Below, piece by piece: positions 37,476 to 50,110 of a DNA stretch of 64,000 nucleotides; positions within the stretch are counted from its first letter, which is position 1, and every line of letters starts with the position of its first letter. The notes beneath the pieces are model-generated. The model saw nothing but the letters and a program-made list of their open reading frames with translations, was not told the DNA's origin and made no database searches. A program made the translations under genes and the position numbers. The DNA is from Azolla caroliniana. Its lineage: Eukaryota > Plantae > Polypodiophyta. The stretch covers positions 2,170,001 through 2,234,000 of the forward strand of contig JBHGNT010000003.1 of the NCBI GenBank assembly GCA_043228905.1, read 5' to 3'.

Positions 37476-39097
37476 GTCATGCTTGTCATACAACAACAAT
37501 ATGAAAAACGATTTTGTGCCTTGTAAGGTCATGTCCAATATACCATGATGAATAATGGTTAACTTGATTCTAGCCCTTCCACGTAGTTTTAATTATAAAA
37601 AATGCATTTGGTTTTAATTCATCATCACATTTGTTATGCTTAATGATCAGTCATTCATTAGCAATGCATCTAAAAGACATATTGATTCTACCCCTTCCAC
37701 GTAGTTTTAATTATGAAAAATGCAATTGGTTTTAATTCATCATCACATTGTTATGCTTAATGTTTAATAATGGTTAACTTGATTCTACCTCTTCCACGTA
37801 GTTTTAATTATGAAAAATGCAATTGGTTTTAATTCATCATCACATTGTTATGCTTAATGATCAGTCATTCATTAGCAATGCATCTAAAAGACAGATTGTC
37901 ACGTGAATAACATGGTATAGACATTAAATAACATCATAACTTTAGGGAATGTTCTAGATAGATACTTCAACCAAAAATTATAACCTATATCGAGTATAGA
38001 AAATCACACTTAGGAGATCACAAAGAAAGAGGTGGATATTAATGTGTGGATTGATCAACAGGCTCCACGATGATATTTATTAGAACTTTGAGACCATAAT
38101 TGCACACAAAAGTTGATGTTGAACAGCCAAATCAACCTTCATTAATCTTGTAGGTGAGAACAATCCCCGGTCGATGTAGTTATAATCTGTTATTGTTAGA
38201 AAGAAAATTGGAGGTTAGAACTTAGGCTATCCCACGATATTCCCATCTGAAGATCACAATTCAGTATCTTGTAGTCCAATTATAAGAATGTGACATTAAT
38301 TTTGGACATAGCTACATATCATCATAATGCTGCCATGTATTCTATGCTATATTTGGAAAGATACATTGACCATTTAAAGAACATTTAAAGAGATTACATG
38401 ATGTTTGTGACATCAAAAACAACATTTTTTGATAAATAGGCATTAGGATTTAAAAAATGATGGAAGTAGCAGCCTCTTTCAGAATCTTGATGCATTTTTT
38501 TTTCAAGAGCCATGGGAACTTGGTGTATAAAATCTTGATTCCATAATATGAATGTAAAACTTCCTACTTTATGGCAAAAGAAATCAACCTTTCGTTCATA
38601 GGTGAGCACCTTGACTGTACATATGGTATATATCTATTAATGCAATGAACAAAGTAATCCCAACGGACCCGATGATTTTGGAAAGCCAACAACCCCTAGC
38701 CTTCCCATAGAGAATGTCGGGTTACCTTTTTGTAAAGACCTGCTGTAGCAACGATAATTTCTTTCTCTGAAACAAATGGGAGGCAGATTTACGCTCTAGT
38801 CGCATTGTCTTTAAGGAATTGTGTTGGCCGTTCTTTAATTAAACAATGTACATTCATAAGACATAATCAATAATAGTACTGTGCTAAGGCATAATGTATT
38901 GTTGCATAATGTACATTCATAACACATAATCAATAGTGGGACTGTGCTCTTCTTGACAAGGAAAGTTCCTACAATTAGTTAGTACATGGGATGAACCCCC
39001 TCATTTATCTTGTGGGAATGTTGCTAGTGTCTTTATGAACTGAAATTAAGCAGAAGCAGAAGAAGAAGAAGAAGAAGAAGAAGAAGAAGAAGAAGAG

Positions 39098-40909
39098 ATG
39101 GGTGCTACATTGAGCTATGAAACCAGAAAAGGAAGTTCAAAGTTTGGGACCAGAATGTATCCATATGAACCCTCCCTTGCCATGCAGGTTCATCAACCCA
39201 AATTTAGTACTGAAGATGAATGGATGAAGTACATGAAGATGAATGTAGATGCTCAAAACACACCTGCACACGACTGCAAGTTGATGATTTTAAAGCCTCC
39301 CCAACATTTGTTTGAAGTGAAGCCAGAGTCATATTGCCCTAAATTAGTGACCATGGGCCCATTGTATCAAAATCTTCAGAAGTCCCCCATTGATAGATGT
39401 AAGGCACTTTGCATGAAGAAATTCATGGCAAGAAATGGGATACCAGGTGTGGAAGAGCTTATGGAAAAACTCACCCTTGATCCCCAAGACCTTAGGAACA
39501 TCTATATTGAGCTCCCAAGTTACAACTTTGAGTTCCTAAAACTTCTGGTTACTGTGGATACAGTCTTCATTCATGAATACTTGCGCTTTCAGAGGAATAA
39601 TTCTGATAAATATCCCCAACCCTCAGATTCAAGTAGCTCATACTTCGCCACATTCTACATTGATGGCCAAACACTCCCCGTGAGACTATCCAGGGACTTG
39701 CTGTTGATAGGCAACCAGATTCCCATGTCATTTCTGAGGAAGATTGCTCTATGTAATCCTAACAATCGAGACTTGTCATTGGATCATCTCAAAGCCACCG
39801 TTACGAGTTTTATTATGAAGCAGAATCCATTCTTTTCGCATGATCCATCCTTCTATGAAGGGAAACATTTCAAGATCGATTTGAGTGATTGCCAGCATCT
39901 ACTAGATTCGCTCTATGTTTCATGCACTGAAACATTCGAATCTGAAGGTGATTCTCATCAGGTAGCTGTCAATGTTTCACGCCCTGAAGGAGGCCAAGGA
40001 TCTGTTTCTCAAGTATCTGCCAATGATTCACGCCCTGAAGGAGGCCAAGGATCTGTTTCTCAAGTATCTGCCAATGATTCACGCCCTGAACCATTGAAAG
40101 AACCTCATTCACGCCGTAGACCAGGCCAAGCAGCTGATTCTCAAGGATCTGCCAATGATTCACGCCCTGGAAAAGGCCAAGCAGTTGATTCTCAAGCATC
40201 TGCCAATGATTCATGCCCTAAACCAGGCCAAGCATCTGATTCTCAAGGATCTGCCAATGCTTCACGCCCTGGAAAAGGCGAAGAATCTACTGCTACCAAG
40301 ATGAAGAAGCAGACGAAGAAGAAGCACCGTCGCCTCCCGCCAGCATCTGAGCTCTCGAAAGCCGGCATTTCGTTCAACGCTTGTAAAGGTAACATATCTG
40401 TGATGAATTATCACATGGACAGACTTCAGCTCGATCTTCCGCACCTTGTGGTGTATGACACCACAGAGGATGTGCTACGGAGCCTCATTGCACACGAACG
40501 AACCTCCAAACAACAGAAAGAGTTCACTATGTATGCGAAGATCATGGACATGCTGATCGACACCGAAGAAGATCTCGCGATCTTGACAAAGGCCAATGTC
40601 ATAGAGAACCACCTGGGGAGTGGCGAGAGATTGGTCGACATGTGGAATGGAAAATGTACGGGTATTAATGTGTGTGTGAAGAAATTCATAAACAAACATT
40701 ACATATCTAATGTCATGGGGAAGCTCAGGAGACACCTCATTGGTGACCCCCATAATCTTAGCAACCATTATTTAACATTAATCGTAATATCTTCATTAAT
40801 TAAACTAGACTTGCTCATTTTCACTTTGGGACTTTTTCCTGTTTTTGAGATTTTCCCAACATTAGGAAAATTCGAAAGGAATGCTTGGGTGGCTTTCTTG
40901 AAACATTAA
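39098..40909 (+). CDS. Chimeric DUF247 ORF (603 aa): 9426-type with repeats, native C-terminus replaced
   Basis: Homology to the 9426 gene ends at GINV (~40672). The last ~78 aa come from a decayed paralog/spacer segment. Confidence 0.7.
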   Translation: MGATLSYETRKGSSKFGTRMYPYEPSLAMQVHQPKFSTEDEWMKYMKMNVDAQNTPAHDCKLMILKPPQHLFEVKPESYCPKLVTMGPLYQNLQKSPIDRCKALCMKKFMARNGIPGVEELMEKLTLDPQDLRNIYIELPSYNFEFLKLLVTVDTVFIHEYLRFQRNNSDKYPQPSDSSSSYFATFYIDGQTLPVRLSRDLLLIGNQIPMSFLRKIALCNPNNRDLSLDHLKATVTSFIMKQNPFFSHDPSFYEGKHFKIDLSDCQHLLDSLYVSCTETFESEGDSHQVAVNVSRPEGGQGSVSQVSANDSRPEGGQGSVSQVSANDSRPEPLKEPHSRRRPGQAADSQGSANDSRPGKGQAVDSQASANDSCPKPGQASDSQGSANASRPGKGEESTATKMKKQTKKKHRRLPPASELSKAGISFNACKGNISVMNYHMDRLQLDLPHLVVYDTTEDVLRSLIAHERTSKQQKEFTMYAKIMDMLIDTEEDLAILTKANVIENHLGSGERLVDMWNGKCTGINVCVKKFINKHYISNVMGKLRRHLIGDPHNLSNHYLTLIVISSLIKLDLLIFTLGLFPVFEIFPTLGKFERNAWVAFLKH

Positions 40910-42322
40910 ATCCTTAGAATATACACGTGTGCATTGGGCATCAATCATGTCATAGGAAAATGGCAAGGAGAAAACAAATGGGGCATTGAAAAGGCTGAGA
41001 CATTAATATAAATAAGACACTTATACTTTTTAATCATCATAGATTCAAATTTCATAATGCTTCAAAATTAATTTTTAATGTAGCACGACATCTTTTTAAT
41101 GTAGCACGACATCATCAGAATGCTATTAATTATTCAACATTATATATGATTCATTTCTAGTATGAAAAGAGGCGTTTAACATTTTTAAGCTAGAAGTAGA
41201 GGCCATAGCATGTTTAATTGATGTAAGAATCTTAATTCTCTAATATGAATGCAGAGCTTTATAATCCAAGTGGCAATAATAATTGATTTTAGAAATGTGC
41301 AAATCAACTTCCCATTCATAGGTGACTCCCTTGTTTTGTTCACATCTATTGAGAGGATGCGCAAAAGAATCTCAGTGCAAACCATGAATTTATAGAAAGC
41401 CAACAATTCTGAGTCTAATGCTCTTCAAAGGATGCAAGTTTGTTAAGCACAACATACTTTTGTGAAGTCTAAAACATCCGTCAATGGTAACACCACAATG
41501 ATGACAATAACACCATATCAAGGATCAAAACATCTCACAGTAGATCCACCAGATCATGACAGATTTGCCTCTGAAATTGTTCATGTAAATTTGAGACCTA
41601 ATTCTAATGTAAATTAGGTGATCAGTGTTTGTGTTTTGCAAATGTGTTGTGATCAGTGCTGTATTTAATCCACAGAGAGCCACACAATAACAACTAACAA
41701 CTGTGCCTCAACTTTCCCATCATGGAGAAAAGACAAACTTTATCTCTAAAATGGAGATCAAGCTCACCTAATTAAGTCTCGAATCCAGGCTGTATATGAA
41801 TTAAAGAATGGCACAGTATATGTGTTGAGGAATCTCCTTGCATATGAACAAACGTTTACGATAAGGAGACGACTTCGGTATGTACACGATCATAGAGTTC
41901 ATTTTAGTCAGATTATAGAGTTAATATTGGTATGTCCGAAATCGAATAGAGTAATTGACTAAAACTCGAATTATAGAGTATTTGCTCCACCAGATGTCTG
42001 AGATCGTAGACTAATTGACTACAAATCGAATGGAGTATTGTCTTTCTACAACAGGAAATTACATGATTATTGGCTCCACACTTATGCTCTTGCAGGGAAT
42101 TCCACACATTCTCATTCTTTATCTCTCCGTCTCTCCTTTTGTGTCTCATCTTATCATAGATAGGTAAAAAGATAGAACCTTGACTTTCTTATCATCTGAA
42201 GGAAGGAAGGAAGTCATAGAGATGTATAAGAAGAGGAGTGCTACTACAACTAATTCAACAAAGAAAACAATCAAGTGAGTGGTCTACAGAGGACGAAGAA
42301 GAAGAAGAAGAAGAAGAAGAAG

Positions 42323-43735
42323 ATGTCAGAAATGATTACAATTCCAAATGATACATCTGATCATCAACACAACTTCACCAAAGATAAATGGGCAGAATAC
42401 ATGAAGGAGAAGATCAATCATGTCAATGCACCTCTATCTAACGAAAGTTGGATGATTTTGAAGCCTCCCGAAGCATTGTTGGAGGTGAAGCCAAACACAT
42501 ATAAGCCTAAATTAGTGACCATCGGTCCATTGTATCAAAATCTTGCACCTTCCCCCTTTCATAATTTTAAGGCACTATGTGTGAAGAAATTCATGGAAAG
42601 ACATAGGATATCAGCTGTGGAAGAGCTTATGGAATATCTCGTCTCTGATCAACCACATGAGCTTAGCCACATCTATAATCTTAACCTCCCCCAATCTGAA
42701 ATTGAGTGGCTCCAACTTCTGGTCACTGTCGATACCGTCTTCATTCATGAACTCTTGCTGTTTATGTTGCGACCCGAAGATATGGACACTGTCAAGTACC
42801 TCACCACATTCCTCTCTAATGACTACACACTCGGCGTGCAAATAGCGAGGGACTTGCTGTTGATAGGCAACCAAATTCCCATGTCATTTCTAAAGAAGAT
42901 TGCAGAGTTCCCCAACAATCCAGACTTCTCATTGGCTGCTCTCGAGAATACTGTGAGGGATCTCATTTTTGAAAGTAATCCTTTCTTCCTTAGCCAAGAT
43001 GTAAGGACTATATTTTTTGAATCGGGAAACATAAATTTGGTCGGTACTTGCGAGCATCTACTTGATTACCTCTACTATGCATGCACTGTCGGAGAAGAAG
43101 AATCCACAAGTATCCATTTTCTGAACGAATCGGGGGCTTCCAAAGAGACCAAGAAACTAGAAACTCCCAGCATGGAATTCACTCGCCTCCCAACCGCGTC
43201 CAGACTCTGTAAAGCCGGCATTTCGTTCAAGGCTTGTGAAGGTAACATATCGGTGATCAAGTACGACAAGAGGAGACTTCAGCTCCATCTTCCACGCCTC
43301 GTCGTGTTCGATAAAACAGAGGATCTGCTGAGGAACATCCTTGCACATGAAATAACTTCCGGAAAAGGAGTCGAGTTTTTGGCGTATACTCACATCATGG
43401 ACATGCTGATCGACACGGAAGAAGATCTCGCGATCTTGGCAAAGGCCAAAGTCATAGATAACCACACGGGGAACGACATTAGGGTGGTCCAGATGTGGAA
43501 CGACATGTGCATCAATTTGTCCTATAGGCGCAAATCGAAAATATGGGGAGCGGTAGTCCCTATTATGGTGGCCGACTATTCCTCTGATTGGCGTCGCTTG
43601 TATGCGGAGTGTTATGAGCAGTTCTTTTCTCGGCCATGGCTATGGATTTCGGTCATTGCGGCATTCCTACTGCTCTCAGCCTCACTATCCCAGACATGCT
43701 ATGCAATCTTAGCTTTTTACAAACCCGGGCATTAA
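42323..43735 (+). CDS. DUF247 protein (470 aa), 14250-type
   Basis: Complete motif set and TM helix. First ATG is at 42323, after the GAA tract. Confidence 0.92.
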   Translation: MSEMITIPNDTSDHQHNFTKDKWAEYMKEKINHVNAPLSNESWMILKPPEALLEVKPNTYKPKLVTIGPLYQNLAPSPFHNFKALCVKKFMERHRISAVEELMEYLVSDQPHELSHIYNLNLPQSEIEWLQLLVTVDTVFIHELLLFMLRPEDMDTVKYLTTFLSNDYTLGVQIARDLLLIGNQIPMSFLKKIAEFPNNPDFSLAALENTVRDLIFESNPFFLSQDVRTIFFESGNINLVGTCEHLLDYLYYACTVGEEESTSIHFLNESGASKETKKLETPSMEFTRLPTASRLCKAGISFKACEGNISVIKYDKRRLQLHLPRLVVFDKTEDLLRNILAHEITSGKGVEFLAYTHIMDMLIDTEEDLAILAKAKVIDNHTGNDIRVVQMWNDMCINLSYRRKSKIWGAVVPIMVADYSSDWRRLYAECYEQFFSRPWLWISVIAAFLLLSASLSQTCYAILAFYKPGH

Positions 43736-46212
43736 CCCTATCCTTAAACCCCGAGGCAAAAATAAAGAAGCTGACAACAAAATCAAGGATTGAGCTTTGT
43801 TTATTCATTTGGGATTATTTTTGTTTAATAATTTCATTTCTTCCCGTTATTTATGTTTTATTGATTTATAATCCACATTGGCTTATGAAAATTTTGGAAG
43901 ATTATGTACTTTTGGTTTATGAAATTGTGGAAGATTATGCACTTAATGTGAATCCGTTTCGTTTTCCATATATTAATGGAAATAGATGTCAGAGTTAATT
44001 TGATTAAAATTATTGCAATGAAGTACTAAAGCAGAATGTGTTCATCTCTACTCCTTTTGTTCTCATTATTGCAGATGATCTATACAATATTTGGTTATCA
44101 CTCAAGTCTCTAAATTAGCCTAACCCTAAACCTTTAACCCTTGAGCTTTCTTTGTTTATTTGGGATCTCATTTTGCTTATATCTGGTTATTGATGTTTAT
44201 TAGATTGATAAACCAGATCATGAGCTTATAATTGTGGAAGATGAAGTATCAAAAGTGAACTAAGTTATAGCCAATCAATTTAACCCTGATCACAAGCATA
44301 CTTCTAAAAACATAGCCCAACATGAAAGTTACAATTTGATATTGTACCTACAATAAATTGCTTGGTGGGTAATGTTGAGCAAGGTGTTACAAGTATTTGC
44401 ATAATGATTTAAGAGAAAAATAAGTAATTGTCTCCATTCCCAATTAAGTACATTTATTATCACTCTGGTAAAATGGATAATCATTAAGGCGATGGCTTCA
44501 CAAACCGAACTTCAAGTGACTCTAGGAGGTTCTCGAAACATTGAAGTTTCACTAATCATGAGATATTGGCATATTAGATCCTTATTCTCTAACATTAATA
44601 ATACAAAATTCAGTTCAATTGCACAAAAAACGGATTATATGAAGTGCTACAATTCAACCTCATGAGCTGCTCTAGCTGCATACATGTATTTACATCTAAA
44701 ATTAATAATAGGATGAAGAAAGTAGCCTAAGATTAGCCAATGGTTTTGGTTTGCCAATATTTCCCAATGAGGATGCAACCTACACATAACCTTTTTGTGT
44801 CCAGTCTAATAATACCATCGAATCAATGATCGCAATGATACAATGATTTAGAACCAAATCATCATGTTATAGTACAAGCACCAATCATGGCACGTTCACC
44901 TTGGTTACATATTGTATAGTTTCATGATTCTATATACCTAGGCATGAGATTAGCTCTATGCATGCATATAGGTTGGACGAAACACATCTGTTGATTTTAT
45001 CATTGACGATTTGCATATATTGATGCAATTTGAATATATGCACATAGGTTGTTTCAATGAACTACATTAGACTATGCATCCTAATTTGGACTCGAATAGC
45101 TTGTTTTAAATGGTTCTATCCTCCATGGATCTCTCTCATTGTCTCCTTAAAAGATACCTTATCTCTCTTTCTGAAAGGTACCTTATCTTTATGTATCGTT
45201 TATATGCACTTTGTCGAATTGTTGTCTCTTCTAGGCATCAAAATCTTGACATCAATTCGTGTCTTTATGATTGTAGTAAGGCGGTATGTTTGAAGAAATT
45301 CATATACAAACATTAGATATCTAATGTCTAGGGGGAGCTCATGAGACACCTCATTGGTGACCCCCATAATCTTAACAACCATTATTCAAGCCTGCCCCCA
45401 ATATAACATTGAGTGTAATATCTTCATTAATTAAATTCTTGCTCTTTTGGACTTTTTCCTCTTTTTGGCATCCCCAACATTAGGAAAATTGAAATGGAAT
45501 GCTTGCTTGGCTTTCTTGAAACATCAACTCCTTAAAATATACACTTATGGATTGAAAAGTTCTTAGATGGGAAACAATCATGTCATAGGATAATGGCAAA
45601 GGGAAAACAAATAGGGGCATTGAAAAGGCTGAGACATTAATATAAATAAGACACCTAATAATTTTAATGTAGCACGACATCATCATAAATTCATAATGCT
45701 TCAAAATTAATTTTTAATGTAGCACGACATCATCAGAATGCTATTAATTATACAACATTATATATGATTCATTTCTGGTATGAAAAGAGGCATTGAATAT
45801 TTTTAAGCTAGAGGTGATAGGTTATTTGATTGATCTAAAAATCTTAATTCTCTAATATGAATGCAAAGCTTTTGAATCCAAGTGGCAATAATAATTGATT
45901 ATAGAAATGTGCAAATCAACTTCCCATTCATAGGTGACTCCCTTGTTTTGTTCACATCTATTGAGAGGATGCGCAAAAGAATCTCAGTGCAAACCATGAA
46001 TTTATAGAAAGCCAACAATTCTGAGTCTAATGCTCTTCAAAGGATGCCAGTTTGTTAAGCACAACATACTTTTGTGAAGTTTAAAAAATCCATCAATGGT
46101 AACACCACAATGATGACAATGAGGCCATTTTAATGATCAAAATATCTCACAGTAGATCCACCAGATCATTACATATTTGTCTCTGAAATTGTTCATGTTA
46201 ATTTGAGACCTA

Positions 46213-46627
46213 ATTCTAATGTTAATTAGGTAATCAGTGTTTGTGTTTAGCAAATGTGTTGTGATTAGTGCTGTATTTATCATGATTAATCCACAGAGAG
46301 CCGCACACTAACAACTAACAACTGTGTCTCAAGTTTCAAATCACTGAATAAAGAACCATATCTCAACTTTCTGGAATAGGAAATTGAATGATTCATGGCT
46401 CCACACATATGCTGATCTCAACCATTCTAATGTTAATTAGGTAATCAGTGTTTGTGTTTTGCAAATGTGTTGTGATTAGTCCTGTATTTACTATGATTAA
46501 TCCACTGAGAGCCACACACTAACAACTAGCAACTGTGCCTCAACTTCCAATCACTGAAAAAATAACCTTATCTCAACTTTCTATACTAGGAAATTGAATG
46601 ATTCTTGGCTCCACACATATGCTGATC
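46213..46627. repeat. ~211-bp tandem duplication in an orphan upstream module
   Basis: attctaatgttaattaggtaatcag at 46213 and 46424. Confidence 0.75.
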
Positions 46628-47913
46628 GTGCAGGGGACTCCACACATTCGTATTCTTATATCTCTCTCTCTACTTGTGGATACATAAATAGATAGAATCT
46701 AGACTTTCTTATCATAAGATGGTTGGATTAACTCATATCTAGATAAATGTATGAAAGGAGGAGTGGTACTTCCTGACCTAATTCGGGCATAAATAAAGAA
46801 GCGCAACATAATTATTTCCCATTATCATTTTGGTTTATTAATTTAATTATTTCCCATTGTTTATGTTTTCTTTATTTATAATCCACATTGGCTTATGAAG
46901 TTGTGGACGATCATGTACTTATGGAAAGTTATGTTTTATTGATTTATAAGATTCCACATTGGTTTTTGAAATTGTGGAAGATTATGTACTTAATGTGAAT
47001 CGCTTGGTGATTGATGAATTAAAATGTTAAAATTCCTAAATATACATTCTTAACTCTAATAAAATGTTAAAATCAAGGAATATCCCACAACTTGGAAAAA
47101 CCTAAATGCATTACAGTACATGATGTATTTCTTTTGTAAAACTTGATTATTCTTGTTAACGTTATGCATATATTCTAATTATCAAAAAGAGAGTCAATGC
47201 AATTATATATACATGTAGATACATATGTATAATGTTTGCGTGAGCTCTCGTTCTCAATGAACATACATTCTCGTTTTCATCGATATCAATCATGAGAATA
47301 CATGTGACATGTGACATGTCAACAAAACCGAAATAGATTGCCTACACAATTGTGCATCAATATTATTCCTGGTGTGTTAAGTTGTCTAAACGAATCAGCA
47401 TAACATAACTTCATGGAGATATTCTTATTCATAAAAAGTCAATGCATTATCGTCTAAAGGAACCAACATAACAACAGTTCATTGAGATATTCTTATTCAT
47501 AAAAAGTCAATGACGATTTTATTATTGTGCTCAGAAATGTAACCTATGTGTTTGCGGATTAGAATCGTCGAAGAGTATTTGGGCAAATGATACAAAATCA
47601 TGGTCATTTCAAGAAATAATAAAAAGGCGTTGGGGTACTTCACAATGTTTGTCTCTTTTTTGTCACGTGCACCACACACATGGGATGGGGTACCCCACAC
47701 CTCACATGCAAAACGAATAGCAAATTTGAAGACTTGTTCGAACTCCTTAGCCCTAATAAAGACCCATGAAACGTTCATAATTGATCTAAAATATATAAGA
47801 ATAATTATGTACTATCTAGGAATTATGGGAATTATGTACCCATTCACATACAATATTGTGCTAACAAAATACCAAGTTTATATAACAAGATTAGAAGAAG
47901 AATAACGAAGAAG

Positions 47914-49494
47914 ATGACTCCTAAAGCTTCCCATGGGAAACAAATGGCAAAACATCTACATCCATATTATCCCATCCCTACAATCCACAACTTTCCTATT
48001 GAGCAACTTCATCAAACCAACCTCAACCCAGATGAATGGAAAGAGTACATGAAGAAAGAGATCGACACGGCTGAACACAAATCCAAGTTCGAAAAACCTA
48101 AAGCGATCGGGTTTGTCCCGCGTGCATTGTTCGAGGTGAAGCCACACTCATATTGCCCGCGGATCATTACCATGGGTCCATTGTATCAAAACCTTGTGCC
48201 TTCCCCTATGGATAAATGCAAGGCCCTTTGCGTGAAGAAATTCATGGAAAGACATGGGATATCCGAGGTCGAAGAGATCATGAAACAACTAATGCCCAAC
48301 CCCAAGGAACTTAGCGACATCTATTTTGGCCTCCAGAGTTACAACTTTGAGTCCCTCAGACTTCTGGTAACTGTTGATACCATCTTCATTCACGAATTCT
48401 TTCTGTTCGTGAGCGAGGATTGCTCTCACTCCCAAGAGAAGAAGAGTGGGTACTTGTACACTTTCATTAACAATGGAATTACTATATCCCAAATATGGAG
48501 GGACTTGCTGCTCATAGGCAACCAGATTCCCATGTCATTCCTAAAGAAAATTATAAATATCCCAAAGGAATTACCTGACATTATAGAGATAGATCTCGTG
48601 AAATGCTTGGAATATTTTGTTTCGGTAAACAATCCATTCTACATGAGCAGGTTTAAAGAATGGGAGGATAATAAAACAGAAAGGAAGCAAGGAGACAACA
48701 ATCTTCTTGACTCTGAGCATCTACTCGATTGCCTATATGTTTCGTGGACACAAAAATCTCCCGAACAATCTAATGAGCCGCAAAAATCTACGAATCGAAG
48801 GAGATGTTTGAAACTGACGGACATTCTACAAGAGGGATGGAAAAAGAGCAAGATGTACATTGACTGCCTCCCCAAGACAACTGAACACTCTAAATGTGGC
48901 ACCCGTTCCAGTTGGGGATGCAGAAGCAGCAACAATCACGGTGGCCGCCTCCAGCCAGCATCTGAGCTCATTAAAGCCGGCATCCGATTCAAGGCTTGCG
49001 AAGGTAACACATCTGTGATCAAGTATCACAAGAGCAAAAGTCGGCTCGATCTTCCACGGCTTGTTGTGTATGACGGCACAGAGGATATTTTGAGGAACCT
49101 CATTGCACATGAACAAACCTCCAAAGAAGGATGTGAGGTTTGTGGATATGCCATCATCATGGACTCACTCATCGACACACAAGAAGATATCGCCATCTTG
49201 ACTCGTGCCAAAGTACTAGAGAACCACCTGGGGAGCGACGAGAGGTTAGTCAAGATGTGGAACGACATGTGCATCAACATTTCGGAGGCATCGTATCAAA
49301 GAATTTGGGGAAGCATGATGAAAGAAATAATGGAACACTATAGGATCCATTGGCGTCTCGTGTATGTGGAGTTTCGTGCAAAGTTTTTCTCTCGGCCATG
49401 GTTATGGATGTCAGCCTTTGCTGCCACCATACTTCTCCTCCTTACATTATTGCAGACAATCTATACATTGTTAGGTTTTTATAAAAATACTTAA
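47914..49494 (+). CDS. DUF247 protein (526 aa), MTPKA subtype
   Basis: Complete motif set and TM helix. Confidence 0.93.
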   Translation: MTPKASHGKQMAKHLHPYYPIPTIHNFPIEQLHQTNLNPDEWKEYMKKEIDTAEHKSKFEKPKAIGFVPRALFEVKPHSYCPRIITMGPLYQNLVPSPMDKCKALCVKKFMERHGISEVEEIMKQLMPNPKELSDIYFGLQSYNFESLRLLVTVDTIFIHEFFLFVSEDCSHSQEKKSGYLYTFINNGITISQIWRDLLLIGNQIPMSFLKKIINIPKELPDIIEIDLVKCLEYFVSVNNPFYMSRFKEWEDNKTERKQGDNNLLDSEHLLDCLYVSWTQKSPEQSNEPQKSTNRRRCLKLTDILQEGWKKSKMYIDCLPKTTEHSKCGTRSSWGCRSSNNHGGRLQPASELIKAGIRFKACEGNTSVIKYHKSKSRLDLPRLVVYDGTEDILRNLIAHEQTSKEGCEVCGYAIIMDSLIDTQEDIAILTRAKVLENHLGSDERLVKMWNDMCINISEASYQRIWGSMMKEIMEHYRIHWRLVYVEFRAKFFSRPWLWMSAFAATILLLLTLLQTIYTLLGFYKNT

Positions 49495-49984
49495 TTCTAA
49501 TCCTAATCCTAATCCCTTGCTCCAATGGAGAAGCTCATTGTACAATATTATGTGGTATTGTGGTCTTATATTAGAATTATTTTATCTATATTTATTGTAT
49601 ATTTGTTGTTGTTATTATTATTCCTTTTCGATGATTGAGTTACTAAACATCCCATTTTCTTTTTCCTGCAGCTAAATTTGGACCAAATTTGGTCTTAGAA
49701 GACGTTAATATACATAATAAATATCTTTCTTTCTTAGATTTAAGCTTGTCTCATCGCATATGTCATTTGATTATAAAAAATGCTATTGTTTTTAATTCAT
49801 CATCACATTATTATTCTTAGTGATTAATCATGCATTACCAATGAATCTGAAAGACACATTGTCACACGAATAATCTTTTCTGTAACCATGACTTGGCATA
49901 TGCATTCAATAACATCACAACTTTAGGGGAAGTTAGATATATACTTCAACTAAAAATTATAACCTAGATCGAGTGTAGAAAATC

Positions 49985-50110
49985 CATATCATTTCATCCC
50001 TACTATCCATATCATCTCATCTCTAGTTCAACTCAATCGCAAACCAGAAGAATGGAAGAGATCAAGAGACCAAGAAGGCTGTTCCTAAGACTGTTGATAG
50101 TATGGCTGTC
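49985..50110 (+). pseudogene. Short DUF247 N-terminal fragment (30784-type)
   Basis: catccctactatccat, caactcaatcg..ccagaagaatggaa and agtatggctg match 30844-30970. Confidence 0.6.

Noticed and set aside
42275-42322. Poly-Lys N-terminal extension in the ORF track
   Set aside because: Non-ATG start translating the (GAA)n leader. The first ATG is at 42323.
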